Assembly: GCA_040772045.1 (NCBI GenBank)
Contig: JAXGYV010000011.1
Location: 12,484-76,483, forward strand
Source of the DNA: Thermoleophilia bacterium
GTDB taxonomy: Bacteria > Actinomycetota > Thermoleophilia > UBA2241
Direction: 5' to 3'
DNA: 64,000 nucleotides
Both the position numbers and the translations under genes were made by a program. The first letter of the stretch is position 1. Each line of letters begins with the position of its first letter. Of the stretch, positions 10,635 through 20,857 are shown one piece after another. Below the pieces are notes generated by a model. That model did no database searches and was not told where the DNA came from. It saw only the letters and a program-made list of their open reading frames with translations.

Positions 10635-12146
10635 ATGTGGGGTTCTAGCGGAGCCCAAGATCATCCACAGCGGTCGCTCGATCCCCTGCTGAGCCTGTTC
10701 GTGAACACCGCCCACCACCGCCCGACGGTCGAGTTGCTTGTCACTGCGGAGCGCGCCTACAGCTATGGCGATTTCCTCGCACACACGAGCGGCATCGTCA
10801 CGCTGCTACGGGAGCACGGAGTGCAGGCGGGGCACCGAGTAGCGCTGTACGCGGACGCATACGACTCCTTCTTCATCGCCATGCTGGGAGTATGGCTGGC
10901 GGGAGGCGTCGCTGTCCCCATCAACACCGCTCTCCCGGCCGTCTCTTCCCGCTCGCTGATCGAGCGTTCGCAGCCACGCCTGCTCCTCCATGACCCGTAC
11001 ATCGCACCGCCGGTAACCGACACGCCGGCCGCCGTCATCACAACCGCGGCCCCCCGAACGTCGCCACCTGAGTTCACTCCAGTGAGTGGCGGCGACGTGG
11101 CCATGATTCTCTTCACCTCCGGCACCACTGGCATGCCGAAGGGAGTCTGCCAGCGTTTGTCCGCCATCACTGGGAACGCTCGCCGTGTGGCGGCCGCACT
11201 GAAGTTGCGTACAGACGACCGCCTGTTCATCAACACGCCCGCCTACTACACCAGCGGCATCTGCCACTTCCTCACCATGATGGCCGCCGGAGCCAGCACC
11301 GTAGGCGAGACGGGGTTCTTCTTCGGCGAGGCCCTACTGGACCGGTTACTCGCCCAAAGGTGCACGGGTTTTGGCGGTGCACCGGCACACCTGATCCGCG
11401 TGGTCGACCCCCTGCTCACACCCGTGCGCACCCCAGGCCTGCGGTTCTGGGTGAGCTCCGGCGACCACCTGCCGATGAACACGCTCGCCAAAACACATAC
11501 TCATCTGCCCGACGTCGCCCTGTTCAACATGTACGGGCTCACCGAGGTCTCCGGACGACTCTGTGTACTCTCGCCAGAGCAGAGTGACCGTCGGCCTGGC
11601 TCGGTTGGCCGGCCACTGCCGGATATGCGGGTCGTGGCCCGTAACAGCACAGGAGAGGCCCTGCATCCGGGGCAGGTAGGAGAGCTCTACGTACAGGGGC
11701 CGCTCGTGATGACCGAGTACTTGGACGACGCGGCGGCTACCGCCGCCGCCCTTGGCCCACACGGCTTTCGCACAGGAGACTACGGCCACGTGGACGCCGA
11801 CGGCTTCGTCTGGGTCGAGGGTCGCAAAGACGATGTGTTCAAACGCGGTGGAGAGAAGGTCTCTACCGTCCAGATCCAGCAGGCCATGGGGACTCTCGAC
11901 GATATCCTCGACTGCGCTGTGCTGGCCATCGAGGATCCGTTCCTCGGCCACACCCCGATCGCTTTCATCGTCCCGCGCGAGGGCTACGCGCCACGCAGCG
12001 GCAAGCTCCTCCGTGCGCTCCGCGAACACCTGCCCGCCTCCTCCTTGCCCAGCCGCATTATTCCGGTGATATCAATCCCTCGTACCGGCTCGGGAAAGGT
12101 GATCAGGCAAGAGCTCTTGGCGCTCCTCGAGGGTCCCCGCGATTGA
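10635..12146 (+). CDS. AMP-dependent adenylate-forming enzyme (DltA-like carrier-protein ligase; substrate unknown)
   Basis: LFTSGTTGMPKGV (A3/P-loop), YGLTEV, GDYGHVDADGFVWVEGRKDDVFKRGGEKV (A8). 503 aa. Confidence 0.8.
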   Translation: MWGSSGAQDHPQRSLDPLLSLFVNTAHHRPTVELLVTAERAYSYGDFLAHTSGIVTLLREHGVQAGHRVALYADAYDSFFIAMLGVWLAGGVAVPINTALPAVSSRSLIERSQPRLLLHDPYIAPPVTDTPAAVITTAAPRTSPPEFTPVSGGDVAMILFTSGTTGMPKGVCQRLSAITGNARRVAAALKLRTDDRLFINTPAYYTSGICHFLTMMAAGASTVGETGFFFGEALLDRLLAQRCTGFGGAPAHLIRVVDPLLTPVRTPGLRFWVSSGDHLPMNTLAKTHTHLPDVALFNMYGLTEVSGRLCVLSPEQSDRRPGSVGRPLPDMRVVARNSTGEALHPGQVGELYVQGPLVMTEYLDDAAATAAALGPHGFRTGDYGHVDADGFVWVEGRKDDVFKRGGEKVSTVQIQQAMGTLDDILDCAVLAIEDPFLGHTPIAFIVPREGYAPRSGKLLRALREHLPASSLPSRIIPVISIPRTGSGKVIRQELLALLEGPRD

Positions 12147-12203
12147 GCCAATCTGACTGGAACGGTCGGCTTCTCACCGCAACGGGCTGACGCTGACGCG
12201 CTC

Positions 12204-13442
12204 ATGAGCATCTACTTCTCCATCTATCTTCTGCCCGCGGCCGCGTTCTCCGTGCCCTTCTACTGGCTCGTCCTCAAAAAGGACCAACATCGCCTGCTCT
12301 TCCTGCTCCTCGGCTCCGTGGGCGTCCTGATGACGATTCACCCTGTCTTCGCTATGGTGGCCCCAGGGGTCGTCGCCGGGTCATGGGCTCTGGTCAACTG
12401 CATGGACAAGCGGCGCCTTACGATCGATACCGCACTCGTGATCGCCATTTCGGCGGCCATCCTCATCCTGGCCATCGGAAAGTACGGCCGCGACATCGCC
12501 GCCGCCATTTGGTCGCCCGACGACTGGGTGCTCAGCCGACTGATCATGCCCCTCGGGCTGAGCTACTTCGCATTCCGCCTCTTGCAGTACGTGTTCGACC
12601 ACGCACGGGGAACGCTGAGAGACCGCTCGCTGGTACGCCTCGGCGCATTCATGTTCTTCCTGCCCATCTTCCCGGCCGGGCCGCTCGAGACGTACCAGGG
12701 TTTCTACGAGAAACGCTCCTCGCACTTCGACAAGCAGCTCCTCTACGGCGGCCTGCGGCGAATCGTGCTGGGCTATTTCAAGAAGACGGTGATCGTCGAC
12801 TTCCTCATCGCCATCTTGTTCTCCGACCTCTTGCGAGACGTTCACGCCGCCGATCTTGGCGAAGCTCTCGTTCATCCCGCGTGGGGCCCCGCCTTCGTAG
12901 TCGTCGCCTTCCTGCGCGCCTACGCGGATCTGTCCGCGTACACCGATCTCGCCATCGGTTTCTCGAGCCTCTTCGGCTTCCGCATCATGGAGAACTTTGA
13001 CCGCCCGCTCTGGAGGCCCAATCTGGCGGAGTTCTGGCGCTGCTGGCATATTTCGCTCAGCAGCTGGTGCCGCAACAACGTGTACTTCCCCATCTTCGGC
13101 CTCACGCGCAAACCGTGGCTCGGTCTCTACGCGACCATGCTGGTCATGGGTCTGTGGCACTACGTAAACCTCAATTGGACAGCATGGGGCCTCTACCACG
13201 GCACCGGCCTCGTGGTGGTCTCGTGGTGGATGAAGCAGAAGCGGAAACGGACTAGAGCCTGGAGGGCAACGGGACGACCGCTGTGGGCTCGCCTCCTGAG
13301 ACCATCGGGCTATGTCGTCACCTTCCTCTTCGTCGCCCTGGGCTACTCCTTCGTGGCCACCCAAAGGTTCCCGGAGGCGCTTCGGGTTTTCGTATGGGCC
13401 GTCGTCGGCCCCTTCATCTGGCTCGGACAGCGGATGTTCTAA
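12204..13442 (+). CDS. membrane-bound O-acyltransferase (MBOAT; DltB/AlgI family)
   Basis: Multi-TM protein with FWRCWHISLSSWCRNNVYFPIF (MBOAT catalytic His motif). Confidence 0.8.
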   Translation: MSIYFSIYLLPAAAFSVPFYWLVLKKDQHRLLFLLLGSVGVLMTIHPVFAMVAPGVVAGSWALVNCMDKRRLTIDTALVIAISAAILILAIGKYGRDIAAAIWSPDDWVLSRLIMPLGLSYFAFRLLQYVFDHARGTLRDRSLVRLGAFMFFLPIFPAGPLETYQGFYEKRSSHFDKQLLYGGLRRIVLGYFKKTVIVDFLIAILFSDLLRDVHAADLGEALVHPAWGPAFVVVAFLRAYADLSAYTDLAIGFSSLFGFRIMENFDRPLWRPNLAEFWRCWHISLSSWCRNNVYFPIFGLTRKPWLGLYATMLVMGLWHYVNLNWTAWGLYHGTGLVVVSWWMKQKRKRTRAWRATGRPLWARLLRPSGYVVTFLFVALGYSFVATQRFPEALRVFVWAVVGPFIWLGQRMF

Positions 13443-14593
13443 TGCCGAAGACCGTGGAGGACACCATAATATCGCAGCCGGCGTCGCCCCCATCGGCAGG
13501 TGGCATGGCGCTCGGCAGACGCGCCCAGTTTCTGCGCGGCCTGCGCTGCACGAACCCTCTGGTGCTCCTGGCAGCCGCCGCACTGGCCGCAGTCCTGCTG
13601 TTCGTCGTTCAAGGACTCGTCGTGCGTGGTACATACCGCGCGATCGATGAACGGCACTTGCTGCGCTCGCCGAAAGACGACTACACGCACATCGCGTACC
13701 TCATCGCACAGCTGCGTGCGCACCCTCCGCAGCGCCTCCCCGTGTACTACATCGGCGGCTCGGCCACACGAGAGTCCATCCGCAGTGGCGAGACATTGGC
13801 AGACGCACTGTCGGCGACCACCGGTATTCCTACTGAAGTGCACATCATGGGCTCCAAACAGCAGACGCTGGCTGAAACACTGGCGATCGTCGACAACCTG
13901 CCTCCGGGTCCCGCTGTGGTGACCGTAGGCCTCAACCGCTACCGTTTCCGCATCTCGCCGCAGCTGTCCGCGCGGCAGCTCCAGGGTATCGAGTTCCTGC
14001 TCGCAAGCCCCAGCTTACGATCCTTCGCCGCGCGTACCGACGGGATTGGCCCACGGGATCGCACCCTCATCCCGGGTATTGCCAACTACATGTCAACTTG
14101 GTTGCGCTACCGGCACAAGAGCCTCCTCCGCCTTCGCCTGAGGAAGATCGACTACCAGTTCCACCTATTTGACCGTACCAATCAGCTCTCCGACGCACGC
14201 AAGGCCCAGAACGTGGCCACAGTGCGAAAGGCCGCGCTCAACCGAGCACCGCAGCCAGACGCCGTGATGCGCTACAACCTGGATCTCCTCCGGGCGATTG
14301 CCGAAACCGCCCGCGCCCGCGGCTTCCAGGTTGTCTTTTTCGAGGTGCCGCGGAACAAAGAGATGCTCGGCGATACGTGGTCGATCGACAGTGAGACCTA
14401 CGCGCCTTTTGTGGCCGCCACCGCCCGTCAGTGCCACACTACCTATCTTGACCTGAACCTCGAAGTAAACATCCCGAACGAGCACTTCGCCGACCTCTCG
14501 CACCTTCTGGATCCCGGGCGCCTGACATGGGAACGTCACCTCGCTCCCGCCCTCGCACCGTTCGTCACAGCGGCGCGGAACTCTGACCCGTAA
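13442..14593 (+). CDS. DltD-like membrane-anchored SGNH-fold protein
   Basis: ATG overlaps the MBOAT stop (TAATG). N-terminal signal-anchor LVLLAAAALAAVLLFVVQGLVV. YYIGGSATRE candidate Ser nucleophile and C-terminal FADLSHL (DxxH). Confidence 0.6.
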   Translation: MPKTVEDTIISQPASPPSAGGMALGRRAQFLRGLRCTNPLVLLAAAALAAVLLFVVQGLVVRGTYRAIDERHLLRSPKDDYTHIAYLIAQLRAHPPQRLPVYYIGGSATRESIRSGETLADALSATTGIPTEVHIMGSKQQTLAETLAIVDNLPPGPAVVTVGLNRYRFRISPQLSARQLQGIEFLLASPSLRSFAARTDGIGPRDRTLIPGIANYMSTWLRYRHKSLLRLRLRKIDYQFHLFDRTNQLSDARKAQNVATVRKAALNRAPQPDAVMRYNLDLLRAIAETARARGFQVVFFEVPRNKEMLGDTWSIDSETYAPFVAATARQCHTTYLDLNLEVNIPNEHFADLSHLLDPGRLTWERHLAPALAPFVTAARNSDP

Positions 14594-14594
14594 C

Positions 14595-15346
14595 TCAAAC
14601 GCGGGGTTGCAGACACTCCGCCGCCGCGCGATCGATGAGCCACGTGAGGCGGCCGAAGCGAGGTACTACTCCCTGAGCTGGCAGCCGCCGCGGATCCCAC
14701 GGCCCCTGGAGCACCTCGGCCACCGCCGCCGCCTTCTCCTGCCCCACGGCCGCGAACACGATGTGCCGGGCGCTCTTCAGCAGCGGTAGGGTCACCGTGA
14801 GTCGCCGTCCCACACCAGGGATATCGTCGACCACTACGAGGCGGCGGGTCTCACGCAACGTCTGTCGGTACGGGAACAGCGAGGCGGTGTGCCCATCGGC
14901 GCCCATGCCGAGCAAGATGAGATCCATCCGCGGCACACCGCCGGGCACCGTGCCGGCCTCTCTCGCCTGAGCGCGGAGCAGTGCCTCGTACTCCCGGGCA
15001 GCCTGCTCGGGATCCGCCGCCTCTCCGCGCAGGCGATGGACGCGGGTGGGTGGGAGGGGAACGGTGTTCAGAAAGGTCTCCTGAGCTAATCGATAGTTGC
15101 TGGCCGCGTCGCCGGGGGCCACGCAGCGCTCGTCCCCCCAGAAAACGCGGACTCGGGACCACGGCACCGAGGATACGTACGGCTCATCCGCCAGCAGCAG
15201 GTACAGCGCGCGCGGCGTGGAGCCGCCGCTGAGCGTTACGGCGAAGGACCGCGCGCGCCCACAGCGTCGCGCGCGTCCCGCAGGAACAACTCGGCGGCGC
15301 GGCGCGCCACCGCCGCGGCATCGGGAAGCACCTCCAGCGTCGGAGC
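14595..15346 (-). CDS. pgl: 6-phosphogluconolactonase, frame disrupted near 15250-15258
   Basis: LLGMGADGHTASLFP and FAVTLSGGSTP motifs. N-terminal 36 codons (MAGAPTLEVLPDAAAVARRAAELFLRDARDAVGARG, ATG at 15346) lie in another frame. Removing one GC unit from the (CG)4 tract restores ...DAVGARSFAVTLSGG. Confidence 0.75.
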
Positions 15347-15369
15347 ACCCGCCATACCCTCGCGACGCC

Positions 15370-16943
15370 CTATGGACGTCGCCACTCCCTGCCGTCGGTG
15401 GCGAGCATCACCACCGCCGCCTCGGGGCCCCAGCTGCCGGCGACGTAGGTTTCCACCTCACGACGGTCGTTTCCCCAGGCCCCCAGGATCGGCTCGATGA
15501 TGCGCCACGACTCCTCCGTCTCGTCGTCTCTGTTGAACAAGGTCGCGTCGCCGGTGAGCACGTCCAGGAGAAGCGTCTCGTAGGCGCTGAACGGCAGCTC
15601 GTCGAGCGTGGAACCCCAGCTGAAGTCGAGCACCACCGGCTCGAGGCCGATCTCCTCGCCGGGCGCCTTGCTCTGTACCCGCAGGCTCATCCCCTCGTCC
15701 GGCTGGATGCGCAGCACGAGGAGGTTCGGCTGCACGGACTCCAGCGGCATCTCGGCCTTGCGGAACAGGAGGAACGGAGGCCGCTTGAAGTGAATGGCCA
15801 CCTCCGTGACGTCGCGCGGCAGGCGCTTGCCCGTACGCAGGTAGAACGGGACACCCTCCCAGCGCCAGTTGTCAATGAAGAGCTTGACGGCGGCGTAGGT
15901 CTCCACACGGGTGCCCGGCGCGACCCGCGCCTCGTCCCGATAGCCCTTCACGGACTGCCCGTCGATGATACCGGGGGCGTACTGGCCGCGCACGGCGAGT
16001 CGGCTCACCTGATCGACGGCGATAGGGCGCACGGCACGCAACACCTTCACCTTCTCGTCGCGCACCGCGTCGGCACTGAACGCTACCGGCGGCTCCATGG
16101 CCGTCAGAGTGAAGAGCTGCATGAGGTGATTCTGGATCATGTCCCGCAGCGCTCCAGCCTCTTCATAGTAGGCGCCGCGATGCTCCACCCCAAGCTTCTC
16201 CGCGGCGGTGATCTGGACATGGTCCACGTATCGCCGGTTCCACAGCGGCTCGAAGATCATGTTGGCGAAGCGGAACATGAGGATGTTCTGCACGGTCTCC
16301 TTCGCCAGGTAGTGATCGATGCGGTAGACCTGCTCCTCGTGAAAGACGCTGTTCACCACGCGATTGAGCGCCCTTCCGCTGCCGAGGTCGCTGCCGAAGG
16401 GCTTCTCGACGACGATGCGCGACCAGCCGTGCTCGCCCTCCGTGGAGCCGGTAGCGAGCACGTCGGCGGCCTCACCGCCGCTCGGCTCGCGCGCGCGCGC
16501 GAGCCGAGCCCCGCATCTCCCAGGCCCTGAATGATGGCGGCGAACGCACTCGGCGGCGTGGCCAAGTAGAAGATGCGGTTGCCCGGCTCGGCACGCTGGC
16601 CCTCGACCTCTCGCAGCGTGTGCACCAGGCGATCGTAGGTACGCGGGTCGTCGAACTCCCCCTGCACGTACCGGGGCGCCTGGAGCACCCGGCCGCAGAC
16701 CGCGCCGTCCACGAGGTCGCTCCCGTAGTGATCATCGACGGCTTTCTGCAGCAGCGCCGCCAAGTCCTGGTCGCTCAGCTCCCGCCGGCCGACACCCACC
16801 AGGCCGAACCGCGACGGGAGCACGCCGTGGCACGAGAGGTCGTACAGCGCCGGCATGAGTTTGCGGTGTGTCAGGTCGCCCGTCACCCCGAAGATCACCA
16901 GGGTGCACGGGGCTACTGGAGCGTATCCGTCAGGACGCGCCAT
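15370..16943 (-). CDS. zwf: glucose-6-phosphate 1-dehydrogenase, frame disrupted in the (GC)6 repeat at 16489-16501
   Basis: N-terminal [22 protein letters not shown] and C-terminal [17 protein letters not shown] signatures lie in two frames. Deleting one CG unit from (GC)6 gives the continuous ...[44 protein letters not shown]. Confidence 0.8.
16489..16501. repeat. (GC)6 dinucleotide tract at the zwf frame break
   Basis: Plus strand reads gcgcgcgcgcgcg; one unit fewer restores zwf. Confidence 0.8.
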
Positions 16944-17880
16944 CCGGGCCACCCTCTCTGACACGCACCGCGTGACCGCCGAACTCGTTGCGCAGGGCGG
17001 CCAGCACCCGGGCGCCAAACGAGTCGGGCTGCCGCGAGCGAAAGCGGGCGAACAGCGATAACGCGATCACCGGCGCCGGCACAGCCGCTTCGATCGCCTG
17101 GGACACGGTCCAGCGACCCTCGCCCGTGTCTTCCACATACCCCTCTATGCCGGCGAGATCCGCGTCTTTGCGAAACGCGTCTGCGACCAGCTCGAGCAAC
17201 CAGGAGCGTACGACGCTGCCCTGGTTCCACACGGCGGCGATGGCCGCCAGATCGAGGGGCCACGGCGCGGCCCGCAGGATCTCGAAGCCCTCCGCATACG
17301 CCTGCATCAGCCCGTACTCGATGCCGTTGTGGACCATCTTCACGAAGTGGCCCGCACCCGATCCGCCCGCGTGCACGTAGCCGCCTGCGGGCGCCAGCGT
17401 GCGCAGCAGTGCTTCTGCCTGTTCGAACGCTACGCGCTCCCCGCCCACCATCAGGCAGTAGCCCTGTTCCAGACCCCAGACGCCGCCGCTGGTGCCCACG
17501 TCCAGATACCGGATGCCGTACTGTGCCAGCCGCTCGGCGCGCGCGATATCGTCTTTGTAGAAGCTGTTGCCGCCATCGATGACCACATCGCCCGCCTCGA
17601 GGTGCGGGACGAGGGTATCGATGGCGGCGTCGGTGGGGGCACCATGCGGGAGCATGAGCCACACCGAGCGCGGTGCCGGCAGCGCGCGCGGCACGTCCGC
17701 CAGCTCTCGCACCGCCTCGGCGCGGCCGCCGTCCGCGCCCGGCGCGCCGGCCGATTCGCGCGCGAGCTCGACGGCGCGCTCGTACGTGCGATTCCAGAGC
17801 ACCACGCGATGGCCGCCGCGCAAAAGCCGCCGGGCCATGTTGGCCCCCATGCGTCCCAATCCGAGCATCGCTACGTCCAT
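16930..17880 (-). CDS. gnd: 6-phosphogluconate dehydrogenase-like NAD(P)-binding protein (short ~315-aa form)
   Basis: MDVAMLGLGRMGANMARRLL Rossmann N-terminus. AAAGGAG RBS before ATG 17880. Overlaps the zwf start by 14 nt. Confidence 0.7.
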   Translation of the reverse strand: MDVAMLGLGRMGANMARRLLRGGHRVVLWNRTYERAVELARESAGAPGADGGRAEAVRELADVPRALPAPRSVWLMLPHGAPTDAAIDTLVPHLEAGDVVIDGGNSFYKDDIARAERLAQYGIRYLDVGTSGGVWGLEQGYCLMVGGERVAFEQAEALLRTLAPAGGYVHAGGSGAGHFVKMVHNGIEYGLMQAYAEGFEILRAAPWPLDLAAIAAVWNQGSVVRSWLLELVADAFRKDADLAGIEGYVEDTGEGRWTVSQAIEAAVPAPVIALSLFARFRSRQPDSFGARVLAALRNEFGGHAVRVREGGPDGAS

Positions 17881-17911
17881 GCGACTCCTTTCGGCCGGGA
17901 TCACGCTCCCG

Positions 17912-19600
17912 CTATCCGCCCAGCGCGGTCTGTACCAGGGGGATGAGGCGCCGCAATCCAGCTACGGGATCGGCGCCGAGCTCTACCCGTAGCACGCGTC
18001 GACCACGGGCGGCGAGCGCCTGCATGTCGCCGAGCGCTTGCGCGTGGATCAGGCGCCGGAAGCCGTAGTCGACCCCCGGCACGGGCAGGTCGTCTTCACT
18101 CCGCGCGACGAGCTGGAGAAACACGCCACCGACGGAGCCGCCTTTGTGGTACTGGCCCGTCGAGTGCAGGAAGCGGGGCCCATACCCGAGCGTAGTGGCC
18201 ACGTGCCGCCGATCGCGCACCATCTGGCGAAGCGTCGTGAGCTCGGCCCACGCCGCCGGCGACGGAGTGACCCACGCCTGGAACGCCACGTAGGAGGGCG
18301 GCGACACGGCGGCCACCACAGCTGCCAGCGCCGGCACGAGCGCCGCGTCGTCGACCGCGAACACGCTCTGCCCACCGTCTGCCGCCCGCGGCGTCGCGAC
18401 CTCCTCGCTCGCCGCCAGGTCGGCCAGCACGCGCCGCGTGTTCTCTTTGCTCTCCTGCACATTCGGCTGGTCGAACGGATTGACGCCCAGCACGGCGCCG
18501 GCCACAGCGACCGCCACCTCCCAGATGAAGAACTGCCGGCCCAGGTCGAAGGCGTCGGCCATCTCCAGATGCAGTACCGGTATGCCGGCCGCCTCGAGCG
18601 CCGCAACCTGCGCGTCCTGAGCCGCGTCGGGCGCGTCGTTCAATCGGAGGTACACGAAGACGCGGTCGTCGCCGTACGCGTCCGACGAGCCCAGCGGCTC
18701 CGCGTCCACGGGCAGGATGCCGCTGCCCTCCTTGCCGGTGCTCTCGGCCACCAGCTGCTCCACCCACGCGCCGAAGGAGGCGATGCCGGGCGAGGCGAAC
18801 ACGGTCAGCTTGTCGCGACCGGCGAGGACCGACTCGCCCAGGGCCGCGCCCAAGACGAGGCCGGGGTTCTCGGCAGCCGGTATCGCCGGCCCGCAGTCCT
18901 CCGCCGCCACCACCGCGCGCCCGAGCAGCTCGGCGAGGTCCATGCCGCCCAGCGCAGCGGGCACCATGCCGAAGAACGAGAGCGCAGAGTAGCGCCCGCC
19001 GATGTCGCTCGGATTGACGAACACGGCGCGAAAATCCTGCTCCACAGCCTGACGCTGCAGCACGGTCCCCTCATCCGTTATAGCGATGAAGTGGCGCCCC
19101 GCGTGCACGGAGTCACCCGCCGCCCGCAGTCGCTCGAAGAAGTACGCGTGGAGGCTCGCCGTCTCCGTGGTCCCGCCCGACTTGCTAGCCACGACGAACA
19201 GCGTGGTCTGCGGATCGAGCCGCGAGTCGGCGGCGGCGACGGCACGAGGATCCGTGGTGTCGAGGACCGTCAGTTTGAGATACCCGGCGGCGGCGCCGAA
19301 CGCGGACGACAAAACCTCGGCCGCCAGGCTGGATCCTCCCATGCCGAGCAGCACCGCCTCGCGATACCCTTCGGCGGATACCTCGGCGGCGAAGCCGAGC
19401 AGTTCGGGCAGACTGTCGCGAACCTGCTCGGCTACATCCAGCCAGCCAAGCGAGCGCTCAATGGTAGCTCGATGGCCGGGATCACTCTTCCACAGCGTGG
19501 CGTCCTGAGCCCAGAGCCGGCCAGCCACATCGTCTGCCGCAAACGCCCGCAGACGCGCGCGGACACGCTCCCGCAGTGAGGCGGGGACGATCTCGCTCAT
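17912..19600 (-). CDS. pgi: glucose-6-phosphate isomerase
   Basis: LGMGGSSLAAEV and FVVASKSGGTTET sugar-isomerase (SIS) motifs. Overlaps the tal stop by 4 nt. Confidence 0.8.
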   Translation of the reverse strand: MSEIVPASLRERVRARLRAFAADDVAGRLWAQDATLWKSDPGHRATIERSLGWLDVAEQVRDSLPELLGFAAEVSAEGYREAVLLGMGGSSLAAEVLSSAFGAAAGYLKLTVLDTTDPRAVAAADSRLDPQTTLFVVASKSGGTTETASLHAYFFERLRAAGDSVHAGRHFIAITDEGTVLQRQAVEQDFRAVFVNPSDIGGRYSALSFFGMVPAALGGMDLAELLGRAVVAAEDCGPAIPAAENPGLVLGAALGESVLAGRDKLTVFASPGIASFGAWVEQLVAESTGKEGSGILPVDAEPLGSSDAYGDDRVFVYLRLNDAPDAAQDAQVAALEAAGIPVLHLEMADAFDLGRQFFIWEVAVAVAGAVLGVNPFDQPNVQESKENTRRVLADLAASEEVATPRAADGGQSVFAVDDAALVPALAAVVAAVSPPSYVAFQAWVTPSPAAWAELTTLRQMVRDRRHVATTLGYGPRFLHSTGQYHKGGSVGGVFLQLVARSEDDLPVPGVDYGFRRLIHAQALGDMQALAARGRRVLRVELGADPVAGLRRLIPLVQTALGG

Positions 19601-20748
19601 TCCTGCTCCGCGGCGAACCTTACTCGCTTGGCCTCCACCGACTGCACCGCCCCGTCGTGAGCCTTCGTGAACAGACGCACGCCTTCCCGCTGCAGCTCCT
19701 CTGTCTCCCGGTCCAAGTCGATGCCGACCTCCGCGAGCGCCGCCAGGTCGGCGTGGGCTCGCTCCACATCGGCATCTACGGTGCGCTGTACGCGACCGTG
19801 ATCGAGGAACGCCCGCAGCGTGGCCTCCGGCACCGTGTTCACCGTGTCGGGGCCGATCAACTGGTCCACGTAGAGCACATCGCTATACGAAGGGTTCTTG
19901 GTCCCCGTGCTCGCCCAGAGGACGCGCTGGCGGCGCGCCCCGAGGGCGGCGAGCCGCTGCCACCTGGGCGAGGATACCAACGCGCTGAACCGCTCGTAGA
20001 CAACCCGAGAGTTCGCCACGCCGACACGGCCCCTGAGATCCTCCAAGAGCTGCCGTTGTCGCGCGTCGACAACCTCGCCGAGGCGTTCCTCGATGAGCTT
20101 GTCGCACACCGTGTCCACACGAGAGACGAAGAAGCTGGCTACCGAGGCGATGCCGGCCACACCCTGCCCCCGGGCCGCGCGATCCTCAAGCGCCTGCATG
20201 AACGCCTCGACCACCGCGGTGTAATGGGCCAAGGAGAACAGCAGCGTGATGTTGATGTTGATGCCATCGGCGAGGCAGCGGCGGACGGCCGGAATGCCCT
20301 CCGCGGTGCCCGGGATCTTGATCATGACGTTCGGCCGACCGACCGCCTCCCAAAGACGATGCGCCTCGGAGATGCTGAGATCCGCATCGTAGGCGGCGCG
20401 CGGCGAGACCTCGATGCTCACGTAGCCGTCGGCGCCGCCCGTCGAATCGTAGAGCGGCCGGAACACGTCGCACGCCGCCTGCACGTCCGCGACGGCGATG
20501 CGGTCGTAGATTGCTTCCGCGTCGAGCCCCTTCCTGGCCAGGTCGCGGAGCTGAGCATCGTACGCATCGCCGCCGCCGATGGCCTTCTCGAAGATGGACG
20601 GATTGCTGGTCTCGCCGCGCACACCGACCTCTTCTACCAGACGACGCAGACCGCCACCCGCCACCATCTCGCGGCTGATGTAATCGAGCCAGATGCTCTG
20701 ACCCTGTGCCCAGAGCTCCCGTACGCGACCGCTTCCCGGTTCAGCCAT
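19597..20748 (-). CDS. tal: transaldolase
   Basis: GETSNPSIF and VMIKIPGT motifs of actinobacterial-type transaldolase. Start MAEPGSG with GGAGGAAC RBS. Confidence 0.8.
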   Translation of the reverse strand: MAEPGSGRVRELWAQGQSIWLDYISREMVAGGGLRRLVEEVGVRGETSNPSIFEKAIGGGDAYDAQLRDLARKGLDAEAIYDRIAVADVQAACDVFRPLYDSTGGADGYVSIEVSPRAAYDADLSISEAHRLWEAVGRPNVMIKIPGTAEGIPAVRRCLADGININITLLFSLAHYTAVVEAFMQALEDRAARGQGVAGIASVASFFVSRVDTVCDKLIEERLGEVVDARQRQLLEDLRGRVGVANSRVVYERFSALVSSPRWQRLAALGARRQRVLWASTGTKNPSYSDVLYVDQLIGPDTVNTVPEATLRAFLDHGRVQRTVDADVERAHADLAALAEVGIDLDRETEELQREGVRLFTKAHDGAVQSVEAKRVRFAAEQE

Positions 20749-20857
20749 CCCCTCTCGTTCCTCCGTGGTCGACGGTCGCCGAGCGACCGATCTCCGTTGT
20801 CTGGATCCGCGGGCTCGTACCACTCGCTTCAGTGGACCTCCCCGCCGCCGCCCGTCC

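Noticed and set aside
15370-16461. Candidate opcA between zwf and pgl, as in classical actinobacterial PPP operons
   Set aside because: The ORF carries EKPFGSDL and RIDHYLAKE, the G6PD signatures. It is the frame-shifted C-terminal half of zwf, not OpcA.
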